Shown piece by piece: positions 21,601-33,924 of a stretch of 64,000 nucleotides of DNA. Positions within the stretch are counted from its first letter, which is position 1. The number at the start of each line of letters is the position of its first letter. Source of the stretch: Spirogloea muscicola (Eukaryota). Under the pieces are notes generated by a model that had not been told where the DNA came from, searched no databases, and was given only the letters and a program-made list of their open reading frames with translations. The DNA is taken from positions 946,941 to 1,010,940 of the forward strand of contig WELB01000012.1 of NCBI GenBank assembly GCA_009602725.1, read 5' to 3'. Made by a program: the position numbers and the translations under genes.

Positions 21601-24463
21601 CATTGCACAATCAGCAGTTATCCCGATCTCAGGCTGCTAATAGTGAAATGTAAGGCAGCTCACCGCGTCTTCAACCACTAAGTGCACCATCTTGGGCTTG
21701 TACACGAGGTTCACCACTTGCTCCCAGGTCAGTGGTATAGATCCTCTCACCTGCAAGAGCATCACAAAGAATTCTTCCTTCTTTGCTGACTTCACCACCT
21801 AATACCTACGAGCTATGAGTATGCTGACATTGACCCAGAAGGTGAAGGTTGTGAGTGACAATCATGGCAAGCACATCGTGGCCACAGACAGTCCTCCAAC
21901 TTCGCAAGATGGACGCTTGTTGGCGCATGAAGAGGCGTGCATTAATTCAAGTGGCCTGCAGTGCAGATTACACGGTATGTCCATATATGTAGGCACCTAA
22001 CCATCATGTACAGGACACGCCACGATGGCACAGCAGACTGGAGGATGAGAAGCTGACCTGTACAAAGGCAGCAATTTTGCCATTGACCTCAACAATCTGT
22101 TCACTCTCCACGTAATTAGCAACAGCTCCAGTCTTATCAGCCCCTCTCCTCCACATGCGGGTTCCTGTCAGAGGACAGGAACAACCTCTTGTGCTTGTGC
22201 ATGGCAGTTGGCTTCAAGAAACATAGTGGAGAAGCTTACGTAGGAAGGAGAAAAAAAGGGCAGAAAGTCCATGAAAAGCTCTGCTGTGCATTATGGCTTA
22301 CCAATGCGCTGTGTATTTCGCCTAGCAATAAGAGTCACAAGCACAGGCTTGCCATGAACATCAATCTGCAGGTTTTGAAAGCTTGACTAGCCGTCAAGGA
22401 AAATCTTGGGGGGCTTCATGCAGCACACAGATCGACACGCAAGAGCCAGTAACACGTGCCATAGGTTCCTGATTTTGTGAGCTATATATTACAAGCTAAT
22501 CGAATCTGCTGACATAGCCCGACGATGCGCTTGACAACTGTGAGGGTGAAGCACGCTCCAGTGACAGTCTTAGCTTGTAACGAGAGCGCCACCAGTATCA
22601 ATGTTTGAGAAAGCAGTGCCAGTGTCACGAAGAGATCTGTTTGCTTCCAACATTTGCTTCCAACTGCAATATAAGATTTGCATCTCTTTGTGCTAGTATT
22701 CTGGAGCAGGATATTGCCTTGCATGACTGGAAGAAGGAAAGGCTCCATCTGCTTCAGACACAATTAACAGGTTGTCGAGGTGTAAGTATGTGATTGTCTC
22801 TCCCGACCTATGAAACTGCTCAACATGACAAGAGAGTTGGTGAACGCTGGCATTGTCAAAGCTGGTCGATGCAAGCTCACCCCTTTGGCAGCTGCAATGC
22901 TTTTCAAGATGTACTTATTCCAGAAAAACAAGGGGTCGGCCTGTACATAATGGCAGAGTTAAATAGTTGCTCTTCAGCAATAAGGTATGGTGCGACTAGT
23001 GAAACATACTTTCCTCAGAATATCACATCTTTCTTAGAGAACACATTCACACACTCTGTCTTGAGTAGCCCGTCCAATTTCAAGTCTACACTCATAGAGA
23101 CTATCAGCTGAACTATGTGGAGATCTTAATGCCGTAGTGTGCTCATCGCCGTCATTACCTGCTTATATAGGGGACGATCAGATGCAGCACCACCCATAGA
23201 AAAGGTCTTCTGAGTGCTGCAAGCGAGAGCTTTGAACACATCAATTTGAACACATCAATTCCTCGTATCGTAGGGGAATATGATGCTCGTTGATATAGAG
23301 CAGAAATGAATGCAGAGATACTCACTTGACTGTCAAGTCAGTTGTGTAAGAGAAGAAGAGGCCATGAGATGCTTCAGCACTTCGCAGCCTCCGCAGAAAG
23401 TGCTTCTCGTCCTCCCTCTGCCAACACAGTTGCCAGTGATGGCTGAGACACCCTTAGAAGCTTGAGTCATGCTCCATCTACGGATACGTTGATACTGCAG
23501 GAAGCAAAAGCAATCCATTGATCTCCGAGCACTACACACCCCTCCACAACTGAAGCAGAAGTGCTGAAGAGCAGACTGATGTAGTCCTCAGAAAACTTCT
23601 TCTTCAGGAAGCTAAAGCCGAGTCAAGTAAGGTGGATAGAAATTGCATGACTAAATCTTTCATAAAGTCCTCGCCTATGGCAAATCCTGCGAAGGGGTCC
23701 AGGTTCACTGCAGACTACAAAGTGCTTGAGATGGGCCTGCTGGAACCACTTATACCTGTGCTGGAGATAACACTTTGAGTGTGGGGCTGCAGGCAAGATG
23801 TCTGCACCCTGTGACGCGGAAGACTTCCCCGCCTCGATATGTTCCAACTTTCTTGCGGCTGGTGATGAAGATTACATAAGAACCTGCACGCACGTAGAAT
23901 TGACCCTCGGCTTACTACACAAGCATAGTGGCTCTGCACAATTTATGCAGACTTCTGGTAATTAACCAAAGCAGCGACAACAGAGTAGCAGCACGGAACC
24001 AGCCTCACGAGCAAGGTCGTCAGACACTGGACTGATCATGCAATGGCCGGGTGCAGCACCTGAGAGGAGCTCGACGATGCCCAGGAGGCCGAAAACGATG
24101 ACGGGGGGCGCGATGGCCGCGTCCCTGAACGGAGGTTGATCTGGCAGGACTTGCTTGACTGACCATCAGTGCTGAGCAGCTTGACAAGGTGCTCCAAGAG
24201 TGGCCCCCTGCCGTCTCTCGCGCCACTCAGCCAACGAGAAACCTAGCAACGTCCAACGGAGCTGGAGGATGGGAAGCTGTGGCGGCTGCCGTCTCGAGAA
24301 GCGCAGCGAGGGGCTCACCGAGCAGGCTGAGCTCGCCGCTGCGGCGGGCCACCGTCAGGCACTGCGGCGCAGCGCCGTCGGCGGGCTCCAGCACGAACCG
24401 CTCGCGGTACTGCCACAGCCGCAAGCGCGCGGAGAGCCTCGGCGCCGCCGCCGCCGCCGCCAT
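18627..24463 (-). CDS. SAC1: SAC1-family phosphoinositide phosphatase (plant SAC6/7/8 type), multi-exon
   Basis: Exons give RMWRRGAD...[42 protein letters not shown] (CX5R), [29 protein letters not shown] and two C-terminal hydrophobic segments. Confidence 0.95.
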
Positions 24464-24676
24464 GGCCGCCGCCGCCGCCAGACTGGCTTTTACAGGCGCT
24501 CGTTTAGCAAGGAATCTGTAAAATCAGTAACAATATTTTACCAGCAGCCGCATTTTACTCCTCTTCCCAGCGGCCTAAATCAATTTGGTCACAGTCACTC
24601 CTACTGCCATGATTTAGTAGCACTCACAGTACCCCCCGGGCCAGGTCGCGGCGGCGGCGGCGGCGGCGGCGGCCGC

Positions 24677-25305
24677 ATGGCGGCTCCAGTCGAGCTCACG
24701 CCACTCGAGGATCCATTGCCGCCGTCGCCGCCGCCCGCGCCTGCGGCGGAGACATCTCTCTGCGGTGCTTCCGCTTCCGATGGCTCTGGAGCTCGTCAGG
24801 GAGGCGCCGATTCCGCTTCCGATGGCTCTGGAGCTCGTCAGGGAGGCGCTGACACCAGTAGGGCTCACGGCGGCGCCGCGGCCGAGCACCTGGCTGCCGT
24901 CGCGGCCGCGGCCAGCGGCGCGCCGGAGCGCGTAATTGCGGCGGCTGGCACGAGCTCGCAAGTCCTCGTGCAGCACGACATCAAGCTGCTGGATGGGCCC
25001 AAGTGCGCGCTCTGCGGGGGTGTTTCTGGTGACAACGGCGAGCGCTTGGAGCAGGAAGGCGAAGGTGCACATCATCGCGGACGGCCTTGCTCAGCTCACA
25101 GTGGAATTTGGTCGTGTCTGCAGAGGTTTGCTGCTCAGACACTATCGGCTTGTCGAGCTTGGCAGATGCTGAGGCCAGGCAGGACGCCGGCTTAGGCTTT
25201 TCAGAAGGCCCTGGCTGGCTTGGTCCCCTGCTCGGCCCCCTCAGTGACAGGATCAGTGGCGGAGGCCTGTGGGTGCACCGAGAGTGTGCTGTTTGGAGCC
25301 CTGAG
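24677..25305 (+). CDS. 5' fragment of an extended-PHD-finger protein (resembles the N-terminus of plant BRP1-type AAA ATPase); 3' part absent
   Basis: Exons 24677-25064 and 25166-25305: KCALCGG...GFSEGPGWLGPLLGPLSDRISGGGLWVHRECAVWSPE. Includes a 42-bp tandem repeat (SASDGSGARQGGAD x2). Confidence 0.75.
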
Positions 25306-25482
25306 GTGAGCTGCAGCACTAGCAGCTCCTCACAGTTGTCAAGTCCTTCATAGATAATCTTCAGTCTGCAATATTAGTAGGTTTGGAGTACGTCACTTAC
25401 TGATGCGCGTGCATGACACCTCATCAGCCAGCTGAAGCAATGGAAGACGATGACTTGAGAAGCGAGGTTTTGGAGCCCTCAC

Positions 25483-28247
25483 CGAGCTGCATGCGGTGCG
25501 GCGGGGGGCTCAGGGCACTGATGCCGGCCTGTATGTCGCCCTCACACAGGCCGACATCCAGGCCCAGCGCCAAGAGTGCCGCTGTGCCAGCATTGTGCGC
25601 GTTGTGCAATCCAATAGCCTTGAGGGAGGTCAAGTACAGCCGGGCCTCGACGCCAGTCGTCGGGACTGCAACGATTGCCCTCCTAGCCTGGCTGTCCAGC
25701 TGGCCAGAGGCAAAACCAACTAAGTCAGTGATTGTCTGCTGTCATCATCACGATGCTTCTGTCAGAGTTGGTTCTGTCAGAGTCTGGCTTTGCTGCAATG
25801 GGAGCAGGCAAGATGGACGCTTGCACTTCTCAGCTTGCATGACAGAAACAGGGCCTGTGATTCAGCCTTTAGAACAATAAGTACAGCCAATGCAGTGCCC
25901 ATGACGACCAGGCCGCTATTGAGACGAGGCCCGAGATAAGCAGGGCCCGAAACAAGCAGGGCCCGAGAAAAGCTGGGTGGCGGAGCAGCACAGAAGGTGC
26001 TCGGCACCTGGACGCCAGGAAGGCCCCCCAGCCAGGCGCGCTTGCCGCTGCTGCCAGCTAGTGCGCTCAGCCTCCGGAGCATGACGTCATCTGCAGCAAC
26101 GAAGCGCAAGATGACGGGCAATCAGATCAATTTCCAAGATTGTCATCTTCAGCACCTGCTCAAGCAGACAACGCGAAGAGGGCAATGAATACCTCCATCT
26201 GCTCTTGAGCCTCGGCATATGCTTTCTTCTGAGGTCCACATTGTCTTCTAGAAAACTCAATGCTTTATCTTAGCTCGCTACGCGAATCCGTGGCCAGTTC
26301 ACGAAGCAGCACAAGGGAAAGCGAGCCAAGAGTCTCACATTCCTACTCTGTGGAATGATGGCCAGGTCGGACGACTCCTGCCGTGCAAAAACGCGGCACT
26401 TGGCAGCGCCGTAGGCCTCCATGGAGCTGTGGCGTTCCAGGTGGTCTGGCGTCAGGTTCAGCACCACTGCAGCCTGCACCAAATCAAAGGCAGTCAAGAA
26501 CCTTCAGTGATATTTAATACCTGACTGCACAACTGAAAGCCATGACCTGAGCCGTAAAGGCCACAGCGCAAGTTCAAGAAGGCCAGGGCTTCAATAATCA
26601 CTTCAATTCTAGCAGATGAAGGAAGAGGGCAGTGAGGTTCAAGAGGCCTTGTGCAAGCAAAGGGTACACAGATAGGGCACAATAACGCTGGACGTGGATC
26701 TTGCGGGGCCGCTTGCTCGCCTTGGGCTTCAAGTCGCCAGGTAGCTCCATCTGGTAGCTGCTAACCTCCACCACGGCAGCCTGGACGCAGTGGACCACTC
26801 TTAACGACCACTATTGGTGGATGAACAACATTATTGTGCCGTAGCTGCACCAAAACAAGGTGCGACGAAAAATGCGGGTCGACCATTCTGACATGGCTTG
26901 ACCTGCTCATGCGTGGTGAATACAGTCTGCAAATCGATTCCAGATATTCTAGATACAAAGGGGCGCCCAAGTGGTTGCCAGTTACCTGATAAGGAACTTT
27001 GTCAGGCGGTTGTGCGAGACACTCGAGCGCAGCACAAGAGAGGGGCTGGCCCAAATTGCCTCCAACGAACGCGCGCACGCCGGCGAATTGCAGCAGCTGA
27101 CAGAAGCCACCGACATAACTTTTCAGAGTGAAGTCCCAAGTTGCCTATACTCACTTAACCCTCATGAACAGGACCTAAGGAACAGACAGGCGAGGAGCAG
27201 CGACAGTGAATCGAGCCCGCCCTTCCACAACCCCAGTCTTTGCCGCAGTCGCTCGGTGAGTGACGGAGGTTTGCGGCGGCACCTGACCGGTGAAGGTTGT
27301 GACTGTGGACTTGCCATTGGTGCCGGTGATGGCTGCAATCTTGACCTCCTTTGGCAGGGCCGCCGCCGCGAAGGCGAGCTCCGACAGCGCCGGCACGCCC
27401 TGCCCGCACCGCACCAAGTGGTGGCGTCCATTAGGCCAGCCAAACGATAATGGACAAAGCTGATGCAAAATGCGGATGATTGTGAGTCAAGATCAGACGA
27501 AAGAAGCATTTGGGTCCAAGGGTTCAAGCATCTACGGTTAGGGTTTAGGGTCAGTGAAATCATATGTAGGCCTGTCTTAGAGAGCCTGGGTGACAGACCA
27601 GCCGGATGGCCGCGGCGACGTCTGGCTGCGCCACAGGCACTCCCGGCGACAGGACAATGAGCGACGCGCTCGCGAGGGTGGCTGCGCAGTGGGGCCCAGC
27701 CACAGTTTGGACGCGCGCCGCGTCGAACCCCGCCAGGTCCGGATGTTCCTGAGGCCCTCAACACACGATAGAGAAAATAACTTAAGCAACCACTATACCA
27801 TATGAAAGGTAATAAACGCTTTGGTTATACATCTAGGACCGCGCCAATTAGCCACCGATCAACCAAGCCTGGGGAGAATGAATCAGGGCGTAATTCGCAA
27901 TGATGGGGGTTACTTAGGGTTTGCCTTTAGGGTAGGCGGAGGAAGTCAACCACTAAGTGTCAATCGTCGCCACAGGGCGTCGCAGCCCACCTCGAGCGGC
28001 GGCGTCGCCGGGTTGCTGTCCATGGCGACCACGTGGTCGGCGCCGCGCGCGAGGGCCAGCCGCACCGCCGCCCTGCCGGACGCGCCGAGGCCCACGACCT
28101 GCCCCGCTCGCCCGCCATTTCCGGCGCGCAGCACAGCCGTCATCGGCGCCGGCCGTGGCGGGTCGCCAGCACTGGCAGCAGCCCCCCAGAGTGCCCAATC
28201 GTCGGCTCACCGCCACAGTCTGGCCGCGGAGGTCGTCCATGGCGCCC

Positions 28248-28284
<37 letters not shown>

Positions 28285-28301
28285 ATCTAACCCGCGCCCG
28301 C
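25483..28301 (-). CDS. murD: UDP-N-acetylmuramoylalanine--D-glutamate ligase, plastid-type; start in gap, C-terminal domain missing
   Basis: VVGLGASG, VLSPGVP, AITGTNGKSTVT, GGNLG, VEVSSYQ, LNLTPDHLERH, GLHNAHN, PPHRMQ on GT/GC-AG exons; upstream in-frame RARVRCAAA resembles a transit-peptide cleavage site. Confidence 0.93.
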
Positions 28302-28916
28302 NNNNNNNNNNNNNNNNNNNNNNNNNNNNNNNNNNNNNNNNNNNNNNNNNNNNNNNNNNNNNNNNNNNNNNNNNNNNNNNNNNNNNNNNNNNNNNNNNNN
28401 NNNNNNNNNNNNNNNNNNNNNNNNNNNNNNNNNNNNNNNNNNNNNNNNNNNNNNNNNNNNNNNNNNNNNNNNNNNNNNNNNNNNNNNNNNNNNNNNNNNN
28501 NNNNNNNNNNNNNNNNNNNNNNNNNNNNNNNNNNNNNNNNNNNNNNNNNNNNNNNNNNNNNNNNNNNNNNNNNNNNNNNNNNNNNNNNNNNNNNNNNNNN
28601 NNNNNNNNNNNNNNNNNNNNNNNNNNNNNNNNNNNNNNNNNNNNNNNNNNNNNNNNNNNNNNNNNNNNNNNNNNNNNNNNNNNNNNNNNNNNNNNNNNNN
28701 NNNNNNNNNNNNNNNNNNNNNNNNNNNNNNNNNNNNNNNNNNNNNNNNNNNNNNNNNNNNNNNNNNNNNNNNNNNNNNNNNNNNNNNNNNNNNNNNNNNN
28801 NNNNNNNNNNNNNNNNNNNNNNNNNNNNNNNNNNNNNNNNNNNNNNNNNNNNNNNNNNNNNNNNNNNNNNNNNNNNNNNNNNNNNNNNNNNNNNNNNNNN
28901 NNNNNNNNNNNNNNNN

Positions 28917-31242
28917 CTGCGCCGCCGGCGGCGGCGGCGGCGGCGGAGGCGGCGCCGGCGGAGGAGGAGGAGCTGCTGGGGGGCGTGGTGCTGCGGTGCG
29001 AGGTGTGGCAGGCGTGCCGCGGCGCGGTGGACCCCCGCTGGCTCCTCGCCTACCGCGCCGCCTTCGCCGTCTACTTCGCCGCCATCCTCGCCGCCAACGT
29101 CGCGCAGGAGGGCGGCCTCGGCAACTACGTCTTCTACACCCAGTGAGGCTCACGCTGCCCACTTGGGCTCCTCGCCCAGCTCGGGGCCGCCATCGGGGCT
29201 CCCGAGCTGGCGCAGACTGTCAGTAGCTTGAGCTAAGCTTAGCTTAGCTTAGCTCAGAGGTGCCGTTAGCATCCAGACTTCCGCTGGCTGCCACCAGCTG
29301 AAAGTGGGCGCACGCGCGCGCCGCGGCGATTGCGTCGCAGGTGGAACTTCGCCATGCTCACCACCTTCTTCGGCGTGAGATTCACGGATCCTGAACCCAC
29401 AACCTGTCATCTCGAGGCTCCTCAATATCGAGCAAATTTTGCGTGCTGCTCTCTTGTGAAAACCTCGGTGCTGACGGCCACAGCCATTGCGGTGCTGCCG
29501 GGCGGGCGCGCAGCTGGGGGCCTACGTGAGCGCCAGGGAGTGCTTCCCGCGCCTCGTACGGCAAGCCGGGGCGAAACTGCGGACCGGGAAGGACGTCCCG
29601 TTCGACATCGAGGCCGTGCCGGGCGTGCACAGCGCCGCCGTTGTGGCTCAGATGGAGAACGGCAATGCGGGCCTCCGCGGGCTCGACGAGGGCGAGCCAC
29701 ACGGCCGCGAAGGCGACGACGAGGCCCGCTGGCGGCTCGTGCCCAAACCCGTCCTGACCGAGACTGCTGGCACGTGGCCCGCTACTGCTGAGGTCGCCGA
29801 CCCCCTCGGCTACGCCCTGCAGATCCTTTTCCAGGTGCGTGCTTTATCACGTTGCTTGGGATCCACATCGAGTGCTAGCTACCAATGAAGTCTAGGAGCT
29901 TGGGGCTAACACTGCATGTCGCTAGTGCCGCAGCTGTGCTGCGCAATGGCGCTCCTTGTGGACCTTGTGCTCTGGCTCATCCTCTTTCCGAAGGCGATTG
30001 CTGCCCATCGCACAGAGCAAATCCTTAATTTCGTGAGCACCAGCTGCATCCAACCCCAGAGTGCCAGGCGTCACAAGCTAACCCTTGAACCTGTATAGCA
30101 TAGTTTCCTGCCACTGCGCCTGTGCTACTCTGTTATTTGCAAAGTCATTTTGAGCAAACCCCCTTGTAGCCCTGTTGTGATTCTGATAGTCCGAGGACTG
30201 CCTGTGGAGTGAACGCCTTCTCTCTTTGCTAATATGGGCCCCTTCCTTCAACCTCCACCCAGATTTCCTACAACATGCACGGCCTCAATGCAGTCAGCAT
30301 GGTTGGGGAGTTTTGCCTCAACAGCATGGTACTCATGATCCCCCAAGATTAGCTGCAATTTCATCGTTGCTGTGATGGATGCTAGGCCGACACAGCCCGA
30401 ACGCCTCTGATGTTGCAGCAGCCTGCGAATCTCCGTTCTGTATTGCTGGATGCCGTCTGAGAGGTGGTGGCTTTCGGTACTGGCATGATAGAGGTTCCCG
30501 TGGTTCCGATTCTCGTACATGGTCCTGTGGTCCGTGGGGTTCGTCCTCTTCACATGGTACCGCCATATTTACAACCACTGGTCAGTCTCTTCGACATCCC
30601 TGTTCCGTGTGTCTGCTGGGCTATCCATCACAATCAAGGAAAGCCGGCTGTTGATTTTCATGCAGGCACACGCTGCCGTACTCTGCAGCATTATCAAGTG
30701 GGATGCTCTGAATATGCTTAACGTGCTGCATACTCTGCTTGTTCTGAGCATTGCTGCTTGCATGTGTCAGGTGGCCATATCCCTTCCTTGACTATGCTGA
30801 TCCATATGCACCTCTCTGGTAATGGCCTCAGTCTCAGACTTCTCTGTGCATACATATTTTGACATCTTCTGCTGTCCTTCTCCACACTGCACTTGCATAT
30901 TCAGTTGTTGCCATATGGGTGCTTTCTGCAATTGGAGCCTCACAGGTACTAAGAGAACAACTGTGCAGTATCAAGCTCATCGCACATGAGGGCCTCAATC
31001 CATGATGCTGACCAAGCGGTATGAGTTTGTCATGGCTTCATGCTGTGGCCACCCACTGGTTGTTTGCCAGGTATGTGGGGCTGCTGGTCTTCCACTTTGC
31101 GTGCTTTACCGTGTGGGTGGAGCTCTCGCTGCTGAAGCTGCAGCGACTGCCCTGCAGCCTTGACTGGCCGGTCAAGCTGCTGCCTGGCGGCCCTTCCCGC
31201 TACTCGCACACCCTGACTGGCACTGCAACTCAAGAGCTCTGA
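28917..31242 (+). CDS. Rolling-stone-like multi-pass membrane protein; 5' end in gap
   Basis: WLLAYRAAF...FYTQ/WNF..., YALQILFQ, LVDLVLW, SYNMHGLNAV, RFPWFRFSY, WPYPFLD...APLW/YVGL across GT-AG exons. Confidence 0.85.
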
Positions 31243-32033
31243 CAGCTGTAGGCAAGTGTTATGCATTACCTATTGTGCACATTGCACGCTGTACATCTAG
31301 GCATGAGCTGTGCCTGTGACTAGAAATATGTGACAGTCCGAGCTGGAGTCTATAGCCCTGACAAGCCGCACCTGCCAAAGGTAGGCAGATCCAGTACTTG
31401 CACTGCGCCTGTAGAGCACAATCTCAGTTTGACAATATATCTACATTCCGGGATTGATGTGGAGTATGCCTGTACTGTACTCGCATGGCTGCACTTCCTT
31501 GTCCTTGGGAGGTAACCCTGCTCCTTGTGAGCTTGCAAAAGGACAGAGATTGTGAAGTATTCTTTGACGGTTCAAAGATGACATAAGAGTATCGTAGAGG
31601 CCTTTCTCTTAGGTAACAAGCCTGGTAGGCACGCAGCAGACAGCACAGAGAATCAGAGCTTGCTTGACTGTCAAAGCATGCAAACTTGTGAATATCAACA
31701 TCAAGGCAAAGACGGAGTTAGAAACACAGTATTTCTTCTTATAGACTTATGAAAGAACGTATGGTCACTTTCGACTGTCATCTTCGGCTCTTGGTCTCTA
31801 GCCTCTACCAAAATCTAGAGGGTCAGAACCATAAAGGAACAGCTCACAAGGAAGTTGATTATCTGACTAACAAGGCCACTGAGTGCACATTGCAAACACT
31901 TCCATAATTGCTAGCCAGATCAAAGAGATGCTTGCATTGGATGCAAGAGATCGCAGGAGGAGTCACGCTGAGACATTCAGGGTCATGGTAATTACACGTC
32001 ATCCATAACATGGAAGGTGGGAGTGCGGACCAC

Positions 32034-33103
32034 TTACGATTCCTTCTTGTCCTTGAATGCCTGGACGTCCTCGGCAATCTTACCATTCACTCGCTGCCAG
32101 AAACCAGGTGCTGGCTCGTACCCAAAGACTCCATGCAGCACCTTCAGATGACCAGGTTGACATGAGATGACAACCGTGACCGGCACTTGCTATTTTGGCA
32201 GCCTCTGGCGCATCATCGTCCATTAGGGGAACGGCCCAAGGAGAGAAGAAAGGGGATGGCCAAAGCAGGCAATGACATGGTTTGCTTAAAGCAAAGTAGC
32301 TCCTTCGTCTTTCATTGGCGTCAACTGGGCATACATTCCTATTCATTACTATGGGAGTATGGGGCGTAGCATGCCACAATATACCTCAAGGAGAACGAAG
32401 TATGGAGCCATGAGGAAGGCCTGCACCAGGTTGTCAAGTAGAGCTGGCGCCCTTCCCTGCACGCACGTGGAAAGGCTAGTGACTTGAGCAGCCCAGAGGC
32501 AGGATACTGCTGGTGGTATCCAGTTGGTGATAGCAACGTGGTAGCAACGGGACGTCGTCTATGGAATGTCGTGCAGGCTGAGCTCGGCCGCACCTCAAAG
32601 AGCCCGTGGCCGAGAAACTGTGCCGTCCACGACGTCACCTGCACGATGAGCGCAATCTGCACTCGCGAGCCGGAGACGGGCTCCATGAGACGTAGCTCTT
32701 TCATCATCGTGCTTGGTCGGGGTCTTATGTCAGGCTTCCAGAGTATCGCTCAGTGATTTTCCAAGAGCTTGCAGGTAATCACAACGGTCAAGGCACGCCT
32801 TTACCTACTCTTGTTCACGATATGCTCGCCCCGCCGCCGTGAAGGCAAGGCCATGGCGCAAGAGAAGGCCACGGGAAGCGTCGTGCACCTTCCAGGCCAG
32901 GGGCGGGCCGACGTGCAGGCGGAAGGCCTCGGCGCCGAGCCAGACGGCGGCGAGCAGCGCGGCGGCGACGGCGCCGCCGCCGGCGCGGTCGAGCAGGAGG
33001 TAGAAAGCGGCGTAGCCCGCGGCGACGAGCAGCGCGGCGTCGGCGACGAGCAGGCGGCCGACGAGCAACGGCGGCGGCGGCGGCAGCGGCGGCGGCGGCA
33101 GGC
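32034..33103 (-). CDS. Mpo1/DUF962 family protein (2-hydroxy fatty acid dioxygenase-like); 5' end in gap
   Basis: YAAFYLLLD, SWTAQFLGHGLFE/GRAPALLDNLVQAFLMAPYFVLLE/VLHGVFGYEP...KKES*. Confidence 0.92.
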
Positions 33104-33924
33104 NNNNNNNNNNNNNNNNNNNNNNNNNNNNNNNNNNNNNNNNNNNNNNNNNNNNNNNNNNNNNNNNNNNNNNNNNNNNNNNNNNNNNNNNNNNNNNNNN
33201 NNNNNNNNNNNNNNNNNNNNNNNNNNNNNNNNNNNNNNNNNNNNNNNNNNNNNNNNNNNNNNNNNNNNNNNNNNNNNNNNNNNNNNNNNNNNNNNNNNNN
33301 NNNNNNNNNNNNNNNNNNNNNNNNNNNNNNNNNNNNNNNNNNNNNNNNNNNNNNNNNNNNNNNNNNNNNNNNNNNNNNNNNNNNNNNNNNNNNNNNNNNN
33401 NNNNNNNNNNNNNNNNNNNNNNNNNNNNNNNNNNNNNNNNNNNNNNNNNNNNNNNNNNNNNNNNNNNNNNNNNNNNNNNNNNNNNNNNNNNNNNNNNNNN
33501 NNNNNNNNNNNNNNNNNNNNNNNNNNNNNNNNNNNNNNNNNNNNNNNNNNNNNNNNNNNNNNNNNNNNNNNNNNNNNNNNNNNNNNNNNNNNNNNNNNNN
33601 NNNNNNNNNNNNNNNNNNNNNNNNNNNNNNNNNNNNNNNNNNNNNNNNNNNNNNNNNNNNNNNNNNNNNNNNNNNNNNNNNNNNNNNNNNNNNNNNNNNN
33701 NNNNNNNNNNNNNNNNNNNNNNNNNNNNNNNNNNNNNNNNNNNNNNNNNNNNNNNNNNNNNNNNNNNNNNNNNNNNNNNNNNNNNNNNNNNNNNNNNNNN
33801 NNNNNNNNNNNNNNNNNNNNNNNNNNNNNNNNNNNNNNNNNNNNNNNNNNNNNNNNNNNNNNNNNNNNNNNNNNNNNNNNNNNNNNNNNNNNNNNNNNNN
33901 NNNNNNNNNNNNNNNNNNNNNNNN

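Noticed and set aside
27536..27932. TTTAGGG-like motifs (also near 9359, 47620 and 50751) as telomere remnants
   Set aside because: Only 1-2 units each; at most telo-box-like motifs, not supportable as features.
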